Source of the DNA: a virus
Taxonomy: Duplodnaviria; Caudoviricetes
Direction: 5' to 3' (one strand)
DNA length: 61,066 nucleotides
IMG/VR virus record: IMGVR_UViG_3300007734_000736
Span: 1 to 61,066 of that record
In this document: positions 1 through 7,536 of the stretch, one piece after another
Numbering within the stretch: the stretch's first letter is position 1
How the letters are laid out: the number at the start of each line of letters is the position of its first letter
Position numbers and translations under genes: made by a program
The notes under the pieces: generated by a model
What the model saw: the letters and a program-made list of their open reading frames with translations, nothing else
Databases searched by the model: none
Told to the model about the DNA's origin: nothing

Positions 1-127
1 GCGCCGTGTCGGTGAGTGATTACAGATGGGTGTACTGAGATGTATCCAGTCTTGCCTTTGTGCAGCTCTTTTTGACGCCAGAAGTACGTGCCTCCGCCTT
101 CGTAGTCGTCATTCAAAGCAAGCACCA
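1..127. repeat. 127-bp exact terminal overlap (copy 1); marks a circular assembly
   Basis: 1-127 is identical to 60940-61066 and lies inside a CDS that reads in frame across the junction. 127 is a common assembler k-mer size. Confidence 0.95.
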
Positions 128-2276
128 TAGAGATGGATGCACTATCGTGGTGAAGAGCCAAATGACCTTGGATAGCCTCATCGTATTTGATGATGAAGTT
201 TTCGCTTGACATGTTGGTCCACTCCTGTCCTTCTAGTGCCCATTTTTTAATGGCCACTGGATATACATACTCCTCAAGAATGCGCTGGTAGTGCTCCTGA
301 AGTCCGAGCTCATTGATGAGCATGTCACAGGTCGGATAGAAATAGTGACGATTGCGAGTCCAACGACCAGAGTCTTCCGCTTGCTGGATGAGCAAGCTAC
401 AGAACTCTTCCGTAAAGAGCGGGAACACAAATACGTCATTGATGGGCTCATCAACGATAAGCTCCCATTCTTTCGTGCGCGCAGAGTAGGTCACAAAGCG
501 CTGAACAAACTCCTCGTAGGAATAGTTAGATAGATTCATTTCAATTGATTTTGGTTGGTTTTCGGTAGTGGATGTCTCCTTGGTGCTGCTCTGACCGAAC
601 ACCGCTGGAGTTAGCGCAAGGGCCTTGCTGTCTTTCCAAATCCATGAAAGGTCTTTCCGAGGGTGGTCGCAGAACGTAGCACTCAAGAACTCGTCAAGCG
701 GAATGATTGACTTGTCAAAGTTCTGCTCAAGCAGCAAGCGACAGCCTTCGTTTGTGAGCATGTATGCGTGGGTGGTGTACGTGTAGTCTGGCTCTACCAC
801 GCTGTCCGAAATCCTTCTCTTTGGCTGGCGCACAAAGCTGTGGCCCAAGTACAGGATGGTCCATGGCTCTTGGATGGCATCAACCTCAATTGAATTGAAT
901 TGGCGCAGTACGGTGAAGTCCTCCTCCAGGATTAGGATTCGCTTGTATCCATTCTCATAGGCGTCCTTCCATACGCGCCAGTGAGACACGGCACAGCCAA
1001 TCTCTCCCGGAAGAACATCTCGGTTCCACCAGCTGTTGTCGCTGGCAATCTTCCAGTCCTTCCACACGTTGATGCCCGGGGGCATTAGCGAACCAGTATA
1101 GCCGTTTGTGGCATCAAAGATTGTCATGCCTCCAGACTTCACCCCAGAGCCAATGAATCGCTCCAAAAGCTCAAAACGAATCTGAGAGTCTGGGTTGAGT
1201 GATATGATGTAGGTATGGTCTACATCCAAATACTTGTAGTCTCCAGAGGATGGAGTCTTAATGGCGGTGAAGCCACTAAGCTGCTCAAGCGGTATATCAA
1301 CTGTATTTACCATTGTTTTTGATTGAAGTTTGTAAAATAGTGATTTCCATTCATTTACGACGTTGCTCCACCATCTGGTCATAACGTATTCATTTACACA
1401 TTTCCAACAGCTGATGTCGTAAGCAAATTCGCTTAGCGTATCTGCAAGTCCAGCTATTGGGTTGACAATGGGCCTGACCCTGTGTGCAAGCATTTCAATT
1501 GCCGTTATGCAATAAGTCTCATTGTAGCTTGTCGGATAATACCAGTGTTCCATTTGACTGAGCAGCTTATAGAGCTGCTCCGTCTCAAGGGAACCGTGGT
1601 ACTTGATTGACTTGTTGCGCAATACTCTGTCAAGGAAGTTGACATTGAAGTAGTCAACTCCATACTCTGGAGTGGCAATGTGCAGTGTTCCCGTTATCTT
1701 GCCAGACTCAAAGTCATCAAGCACTTTGCCTAGGCCTCTCTCCGCGTGAGACGTATACACATAGGAGTCCTTAATTTTTTTGACTGGATTATGGATTTTG
1801 TGCTGGTCTATGCCGTTTCCAATCACATCAACTTTCTCGGCATCTATGTTGTATCTAGATAGAAAGTCGTTCTTGTGCCATCTGGTAAGGCAAACGATTG
1901 AATCTGAGAGGTCAAAAGCTTCTTGTATGTCATGGTCGGACATCCGCTCTCCATTTAGCCACATGTACGGCTCCTCATTGTGAAGCCAGAATATGCGATG
2001 CTTTACGCTTGAGCCGTCAAACAGTTTGACGTAGTGTAGGTATCCAACGCCGATGAGTATGTCTATCGAATCAGGAAGCAAATCGCGCCGCTCAAACGGC
2101 GCGTATTGCACCGAATCATAGTTGCCCTCTAAGACGTTACCAAACACAAACACATTGTGTCCGGCCACCGACAGCTGATAAGACAAGTTGACCACGCATT
2201 GCTCAGTGCCACCTGGAATCTTTGTGCTCGAGTTCCATGGCTTCGCAAAGTAGCCAACATGAAAGACAATGTTCAT
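1..2276 (-). CDS. Three-domain fusion: GT4 glycosyltransferase + GT25 (COLGALT-like) glycosyltransferase + PLOD-like lysyl hydroxylase, 778 aa; continues at 60939..60879
   Basis: Hand translation from ATG 2276, which overlaps the upstream stop (ATGA). GT4 motifs: GGTE, HNEE, YPTSYNETYCITAIE (E-X7-E). GT25 motifs: GEIGCAVSHWRVWKD, ILILEED, WTILYLG, YTYTTHAY, IIPLDEFL. Hydroxylase motifs: DVFVFPLFTEEFC, YPTCD, LHHDSASIS, YEGGG, HP..ITHRHG..RFVLVSF. The frame matches ORF 60879..61064. Confidence 0.92.
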   Translation of the reverse strand, partial: MNIVFHVGYFAKPWNSSTKIPGGTEQCVVNLSYQLSVAGHNVFVFGNVLEGNYDSVQYAPFERRDLLPDSIDILIGVGYLHYVKLFDGSSVKHRIFWLHNEEPYMWLNGERMSDHDIQEAFDLSDSIVCLTRWHKNDFLSRYNIDAEKVDVIGNGIDQHKIHNPVKKIKDSYVYTSHAERGLGKVLDDFESGKITGTLHIATPEYGVDYFNVNFLDRVLRNKSIKYHGSLETEQLYKLLSQMEHWYYPTSYNETYCITAIEMLAHRVRPIVNPIAGLADTLSEFAYDISCWKCVNEYVMTRWWSNVVNEWKSLFYKLQSKTMVNTVDIPLEQLSGFTAIKTPSSGDYKYLDVDHTYIISLNPDSQIRFELLERFIGSGVKSGGMTIFDATNGYTGSLMPPGINVWKDWKIASDNSWWNRDVLPGEIGCAVSHWRVWKDAYENGYKRILILEEDFTVLRQFNSIEVDAIQEPWTILYLGHSFVRQPKRRISDSVVEPDYTYTTHAYMLTNEGCRLLLEQNFDKSIIPLDEFLSATFCDHPRKDLSWIWKDSKALALTPAVFGQSSTKETSTTENQPKSIEMNLSNYSYEEFVQRFVTYSARTKEWELIVDEPINDVFVFPLFTEEFCSLLIQQAEDSGRWTRNRHYFYPTCDMLINELGLQEHYQRILEEYVYPVAIKKWALEGQEWTNMSSENFIIKYDEAIQGHLALHHDSASISMVLALNDDYEGGGTYFWRQKELHKGKTGYISVHPSVITHRHG

Positions 2277-2833
2277 CGCTCGGTTGAGAAAAAGAACGTC
2301 TGGAAAAGCCTGCCGTTCTCCTTGCTGTTCCCAAAATAGTCAAGTGACGTATGGAATTGCTTACCCTGGTATAAAATCAAACGATTGTAGACGTTCCCAA
2401 CAGACGAAACTAACTCCCATTTGGTCATGTCTTGAGAGTCGTTATTCCACGTCCCCTTGCCTCCATTATCAGACCACATGAGACCAGTACTCTTATGTTT
2501 GAAGAATCCAGTACCGCTAGACAGTGGGGCGTTGGGAGTTAGGTATACCACGCCGGCCCACTTGGTGCCATGGTCAGCGTGAATCCAAGACCTATCTCTA
2601 GCTGTTGTTATCTGGAATGCGCCATTGTAGTCATCGGTTGGGAAGTAGTTAATCTTTCCCGCAAATGGCTCTACAATGTGCTGTAGCGTATCAAACACGC
2701 TTTGATTGAACTCTGGCTTAGTCCTTGCTCCTGGAAAATTCCCAGTAACAGGAAAATCCTGCGCTAGGGCAAACTCCCTAACCTCGTCTGGATTGTTGTA
2801 GAAACCATCTACAACGAACGCACTCATTACCAT
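2273..2833 (-). CDS. 2OG-Fe(II) oxygenase (DUF6445-like)
   Basis: WIHAD (HxD), WAGVVYL, YNRLILY..FH, GRLFQTFF. Confidence 0.8.
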   Translation of the reverse strand: MVMSAFVVDGFYNNPDEVREFALAQDFPVTGNFPGARTKPEFNQSVFDTLQHIVEPFAGKINYFPTDDYNGAFQITTARDRSWIHADHGTKWAGVVYLTPNAPLSSGTGFFKHKSTGLMWSDNGGKGTWNNDSQDMTKWELVSSVGNVYNRLILYQGKQFHTSLDYFGNSKENGRLFQTFFFSTER

Positions 2834-2852
2834 TCAATTAAGTCTTATGACT

Positions 2853-2860
2853 CAAATGTA
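2853..2860 (-). promoter_or_regulatory. Bacteroidota-type -7 box (TACATTTG) for the oxygenase/glycosyltransferase operon
   Basis: Matches TAnnTTTG about 20 nt upstream of ATG 2833. Confidence 0.65.
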
Positions 2861-2875
2861 CGTCACAGAGTTGAG

Positions 2876-2906
2876 GAAAACAAACGGGGCGCTTTTGGGC
2901 GCCCCG
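2876..2906 (-). terminator. Intrinsic terminator after the collagen gene
   Basis: CGGGGCGC/GCGCCCCG stem followed by TTTGTTTT on the - strand. Confidence 0.7.
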
Positions 2907-2912
2907 CATGTT

Positions 2913-5900
2913 TTAGGTCCAAATTGGGAAGTAGTAGTCTGTTCCTCCAACTCCAACCTTTCCCCATCCATACGTTGTTTTACCGGTATCGTCTGGGACC
3001 TCTGCGTTAAATCCACATGCCCCACATGTCACGCTAGACGCAGCGACGTTGACACTTCCAGTAGCTCCTTTCTGTCCTTTAGGACCTTGTGAGCCAGTGG
3101 GTCCAGTTGCGCCGGTTGGGCCAGTTGGGCCAGTTGGTCCAGCAGGTCCTTGAGCTCCAGTGTTACCTTTTGCTCCCTGGGGTCCAGTAGGACCAGCAGG
3201 TCCTTGAGGTCCCGTGGCTCCCTGAGCGCCAGTGTTGCCCTTCGCTCCCTGAGGTCCGGTTGGGCCAGTGGCTCCAGTATTTCCCTTCGCTCCCTGTGGT
3301 CCAGTTGGTCCGGTAGGTCCGGTAGGTCCAGTAGGACCAGTTGCTCCGGTGTTTCCTTTTGCTCCTTGAGGACCAGTGGGTCCGGCAGGTCCTTGAGGTC
3401 CAAGAGGGCCCGTAGGTCCGGTGGGACCCTGGGGTCCAGTAGCACCAGTTGCGCCTTTTTGGCCCTTTGTTCCTTGAGCTCCAGTTGGACCAGTGGGTCC
3501 GGCAGGTCCTTGAGGTCCAAGAGGGCCCGTAGGTCCGATGGGACCCTGGGGTCCAGTAGGTCCTTGCGCTCCAGTAACTCCCTTTTGCCCCTTTGCGCCT
3601 TGAGGTCCAGTAGCGCCAGTTGGGCCAGTGGGCCCAGTGGCTCCTTGAGGACCGGTTGGTCCCTGGGCTCCAGTTACACCTTTTTGACCCTTTGCTCCCT
3701 GGGGACCAGTAGGTCCAGTGGCTCCTTGAGGACCGGTTGGTCCCTGCGGTCCAGTCGGTCCTTGAGCTCCAGTAACTCCCTTCTGGCCTTTAGCGCCCTG
3801 GGGCCCAGTAGGCCCAGTAGGACCGGTAGGACCTTGGGCTCCTTGCGCTCCCTTTTGCCCCTGAGCACCCTGAGGACCAGTTGGTCCAGTTGCACCTTGG
3901 GGTCCAGCTGCTCCAGTGTTACCCTTGGCACCCTGGGGCCCGGTAGGTCCCGCGGGTCCTTGTGGCCCAAGAGGACCAGTAGGCCCAGTAGGACCTGTTG
4001 GCCCAGTTGCGCCTTGAGGTCCAGTTACACCTTTTTGACCTTTTGAGCCCTGAGCACCAGTGGCCCCCTGAGGTCCAGTAGGTCCGGTTGGTCCAGTAGC
4101 TCCAGTTGCACCTTTTTGACCCTTAGGTCCTTGGTCTCCAGTTGGACCCATGTCGCCCTTGTCTCCCTTTCCGCCTTTTTCTCCCTGAGCTCCAGTAGCA
4201 CCAGTGGCTCCCTGAGCACCAGTATTTCCCTTGGGGCCCTGGGGTCCAGTAGGACCAGTGGGCCCAGTGGCTCCTTGAGGACCAGTAGCACCAATCTCAC
4301 CCTTTTGTCCCTTCGGGCCCTGAGGTCCGGTTGGTCCAGTGGGACCAGTAGCGCCCTGCGGGCCAGTAGCACCTTGAGCACCGGTATCGCCCTTAGGACC
4401 CTGTGAGCCATCACGGCCTTTGTTTCCCTGGTCGCCCTTGGTTCCCTTGTCTCCAACTGGGCCAACAGGTCCGGTCGGACCAGTCGGGCCCGTAGCTCCT
4501 TGGGCACCAGTGTTTCCCTTCGCTCCCTGCGGACCAGTTGGTCCTTGGGCACCAGTATTACCCTTTGCTCCCTGCGGACCAGTTGGTCCCTGGGGACCAG
4601 TGGGCCCAATGTCTCCTTTGGGTCCCTGGGGACCAGTGGGTCCAACATCTCCCTTGGGGCCTTGGGCTCCAGTGGGTCCGGTAGGACCAGTAGGTCCAGT
4701 GGGTCCCTGGGCTCCAGTTACACCTTTTTGACCTTTTGCGCCCTGAGCACCAGTTGGGCCAGTGGGGCCAGTAGGACCGGTTGCGCCCTGTGGGCCTGTT
4801 GCGCCAGTGTCGCCTTTGGGCCCCTGTGAGCCATCACGGCCCTTTTGGCCTTGGTCTCCTTTAGTCCCCTTGTCTCCAGTAGGGCCGGTAGGACCAGTAG
4901 GACCGGTAGGCCCAGTAGCACCCTGGGGGCCAACATCACCTTTCGGACCTTGGGCACCAGTAGGACCAGTAGGTCCAGTGGGACCAGTGGCTCCCGTGGC
5001 ACCTTTTGTTCCCTGAGGGCCGGTAGGGCCGGTAGGTCCAGTGGGGCCCTGGGCTCCAGTATCACCCTTAGGCCCTTGAGAACCATCGCGGCCCTTATTG
5101 CCCTGGTCTCCCTTGTTCCCTTGAGGACCAGTTGGACCAGTAGGGCCGGTGGGTCCGGTAGCCCCTTGAGCACCAGTATCTCCTTTTGGACCAGTAGGAC
5201 CAGTAGGACCAGTGGGGCCAAGGTCTCCTTTAGGGCCCTGCGCTCCAGTTGGACCAGTGGGTCCAGTAGGACCAGTGGGGCCAAGGTCTCCTTTTGGTCC
5301 TTGGGCACCGGTATCGCCCTTAGGACCCTGAGAACCATCACGACCTTTTTGGCCCTGGTCTCCCTTGTTCCCTTGAGGACCAGTTGGACCAGTAGGACCA
5401 GTAGGCCCAGTGGCTCCTTGGGCTCCAGTATCTCCTTTTGGACCAGTAGGTCCGGTAGGACCAGTTGCTCCTTGGGGACCGGTATCGCCTTTGGGCCCCT
5501 GGGAGCCATCACGGCCTTTTTGACCTTGGTCGCCCTTATCGCCCTGTGGCCCGGTAGGTCCAGTGGGTCCTGTGGGGCCAGTAGGTCCAGTAGCACCTTG
5601 AGGACCGAGGTCTCCTTTAGGACCCCGGTCTCCTTTAGGGCCCTGGTCTCCTTTTGGTCCTTGAACTCCGTCTCGACCCTTTTCTCCTTTTAAGCCCTGT
5701 TCTCCTTGCGGTCCGGCAGGTCCAGTGGGGCCTGTGGGTCCTGTGGGCCCTTGAGGACCAAGGTCGCCCTTGGGGCCCTGGGCTCCAGTGTTGCCCTTGG
5801 GTCCAATGTCTCCTTGCGGTCCAGTTGCTCCAGTCGCACCTTTTTGACCCTGGTCTCCTTTGGGACCAACGTCTCCTTTGGGGCCTTGGTCTCCTTTAGG

Positions 5901-7142
5901 GCCTTGGTCTCCCTTAGGACCTTGGTCTCCTTTTGGTCCAGTGGCCCCATCACGACCTTTTTCTCCTTTTGAACCCTGGTAGCCCTTATCGCCCTGAGGT
6001 CCGGTTGGACCAGTGGGACCGGTAGGTCCGGTAGGTCCAGTTGCTCCAGTTACACCCTTTTGGCCCTGGTCTCCCTTGGGACCCTGGTCGCCTTTAGGAC
6101 CTTGAACCCCATCACGACCTTTTTCTCCTTTTGAGCCCTGGTCGCCCTTTTCTCCTTGAGGTCCGGCAGCGCCAGTATTTCCCTTTGCTCCGGTAGGACC
6201 CTGAGGACCAAGGCCTCCCTTAGGACCTTGAGGTCCAATGTCGCCCTTGGGACCAATGTCTCCTTGAGGGCCAGTTGCTCCTTTAGGACCAGTAGCTCCA
6301 TCACGACCTTTTTCACCCTTTCCTCCCTGGTCTCCCTTATCTCCCTGAGGCCCGGTGGGTCCAGTGGGACCAGTGGCACCTTGGGGGCCAAGGTCTCCTT
6401 TGGGACCTTGAGCCCCGGTGTCCCCCTTGGGACCTTGAATTCCAGTATCTCCTTTCTGTCCTTTAGGACCTTGTGAGCCAGTGGGTCCAGTTGCGCCGGT
6501 TGGGCCAGTTGGGCCAGTTGGGCCAGTTGGTCCAGCAGGCCCTTGAGCTCCAGTGTTACCTTTTGCTCCCTGTGGTCCCTGAGGCCCTGTTGGTCCGGTA
6601 GGTCCAGCGGGTCCTTGAGCTCCAGTGTTACCTTTTGCTCCCTTGGGTCCTTGAGGACCAGTTGGTCCAGTAGGTCCAAGCGGTCCCTCTCTTCCTTTCT
6701 CGCCCTTCGAGCCTTGAGGTCCAGTTGGTCCAGTTGGACCAGCGGGCCCTTGAGGTCCTGTGGCTCCCTGAGCTCCGGTATTACCCTTCGCTCCCTGAGG
6801 TCCGGTTGGGCCAGTGGCTCCAGTATTTCCCTTCGCTCCCTGTGCTCCAGTTGGTCCGGTAGGTCCGGTAGGTCCAGTAGGACCAGTTGCTCCGGTGTTT
6901 CCTTTTGCTCCTTGAGGACCAGTGGGTCCGGCAGGTCCTTGACTTCCAGTATCTCCCTTTGGGCCAGAAGGACCAGCAGGACCAGTAGCTCCGGGGGCAC
7001 CCTTGTCTCCTTTTGCAGAAGCACCTCCAGATGCACCCTTAGCTCCCTTGGTTCCTTTTGAACCAGGGAGCTGCTGAACTCCATTATTGGTAATCTCTAC
7101 AGAGGATGGGCCAGGAAGGTTGATGTCAATTTCTAATGCCAT
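2913..7142 (-). CDS. Very long collagen-like fibre protein (1409 aa)
   Basis: About 446 Gly-X-Y triplets with one Gly->Ser break near the N-terminus; 26-aa N-terminal and ~45-aa C-terminal non-helical ends. Confidence 0.97.
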   Translation of the reverse strand: MALEIDINLPGPSSVEITNNGVQQLPGSKGTKGAKGASGGASAKGDKGAPGATGPAGPSGPKGDTGSQGPAGPTGPQGAKGNTGATGPTGPTGPTGPTGAQGAKGNTGATGPTGPQGAKGNTGAQGATGPQGPAGPTGPTGPQGSKGEKGREGPLGPTGPTGPQGPKGAKGNTGAQGPAGPTGPTGPQGPQGAKGNTGAQGPAGPTGPTGPTGPTGATGPTGSQGPKGQKGDTGIQGPKGDTGAQGPKGDLGPQGATGPTGPTGPQGDKGDQGGKGEKGRDGATGPKGATGPQGDIGPKGDIGPQGPKGGLGPQGPTGAKGNTGAAGPQGEKGDQGSKGEKGRDGVQGPKGDQGPKGDQGQKGVTGATGPTGPTGPTGPTGPQGDKGYQGSKGEKGRDGATGPKGDQGPKGDQGPKGDQGPKGDVGPKGDQGQKGATGATGPQGDIGPKGNTGAQGPKGDLGPQGPTGPTGPTGPAGPQGEQGLKGEKGRDGVQGPKGDQGPKGDRGPKGDLGPQGATGPTGPTGPTGPTGPQGDKGDQGQKGRDGSQGPKGDTGPQGATGPTGPTGPKGDTGAQGATGPTGPTGPTGPQGNKGDQGQKGRDGSQGPKGDTGAQGPKGDLGPTGPTGPTGPTGAQGPKGDLGPTGPTGPTGPKGDTGAQGATGPTGPTGPTGPQGNKGDQGNKGRDGSQGPKGDTGAQGPTGPTGPTGPQGTKGATGATGPTGPTGPTGAQGPKGDVGPQGATGPTGPTGPTGPTGDKGTKGDQGQKGRDGSQGPKGDTGATGPQGATGPTGPTGPTGAQGAKGQKGVTGAQGPTGPTGPTGPTGAQGPKGDVGPTGPQGPKGDIGPTGPQGPTGPQGAKGNTGAQGPTGPQGAKGNTGAQGATGPTGPTGPVGPVGDKGTKGDQGNKGRDGSQGPKGDTGAQGATGPQGATGPTGPTGPQGPKGQKGEIGATGPQGATGPTGPTGPQGPKGNTGAQGATGATGAQGEKGGKGDKGDMGPTGDQGPKGQKGATGATGPTGPTGPQGATGAQGSKGQKGVTGPQGATGPTGPTGPTGPLGPQGPAGPTGPQGAKGNTGAAGPQGATGPTGPQGAQGQKGAQGAQGPTGPTGPTGPQGAKGQKGVTGAQGPTGPQGPTGPQGATGPTGPQGAKGQKGVTGAQGPTGPQGATGPTGPTGATGPQGAKGQKGVTGAQGPTGPQGPIGPTGPLGPQGPAGPTGPTGAQGTKGQKGATGATGPQGPTGPTGPLGPQGPAGPTGPQGAKGNTGATGPTGPTGPTGPTGPQGAKGNTGATGPTGPQGAKGNTGAQGATGPQGPAGPTGPQGAKGNTGAQGPAGPTGPTGPTGATGPTGSQGPKGQKGATGSVNVAASSVTCGACGFNAEVPDDTGKTTYGWGKVGVGGTDYYFPIWT

Positions 7143-7143
7143 A

Positions 7144-7527
7144 CTAGTTTACAGTAATATCTTGAGTAATAGTAAATTGACCATACATGTAGGTAGTAAC
7201 TACGTCTGGGTTCGGGGTTGGATTAGTAGCTTGAATTTCATAAACAAACGTACCAGCGTTTACCAACATATTAGGGGCACTAATAGTAACAGTAAGAACC
7301 CCAAGAGCTGTTCCGGTTACAGTGATGTTTGAACTTGCAATTACAATAGGACCAGTGTCATATTCACGGACTTCCATCTTCCAGGTGAACACGCTAAGGT
7401 CTACGGCCGTACCGTTTGCGTCCTTGATGGTGGCAATCAAAACAAATGTGTCTCCGCGCCAACAAACGATGTCTACGCGAGTGGCAATACTTACGACTGC
7501 TGTAGGGGTTGTATCACAACACGACAT
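7144..7527 (-). CDS. Small beta-sandwich virion protein (BppU/LtfC-like fibre adaptor candidate)
   Basis: [28 protein letters not shown] pattern; stop codon lies 1 bp upstream of the collagen start. Confidence 0.55.
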   Translation of the reverse strand: MSCCDTTPTAVVSIATRVDIVCWRGDTFVLIATIKDANGTAVDLSVFTWKMEVREYDTGPIVIASSNITVTGTALGVLTVTISAPNMLVNAGTFVYEIQATNPTPNPDVVTTYMYGQFTITQDITVN

Positions 7528-7536
7528 AGCGCAAAT

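Noticed and set aside
233-1983. Short ORFs 233..454, 291..533 and 1780..1983
   Set aside because: They are shadows of the long fusion gene that occupies 1..2276.
3029-7084. Many overlapping and antisense ORFs across the collagen gene
   Set aside because: Shadow frames of Gly-X-Y codon periodicity; low-complexity products without their own expression signals.
2913-7142. CRISPR array or diversity-generating retroelement repeats
   Set aside because: The repeats are coding 9-bp multiples with no unique spacers. No cas or reverse transcriptase gene was seen, and differences are not adenine-specific.
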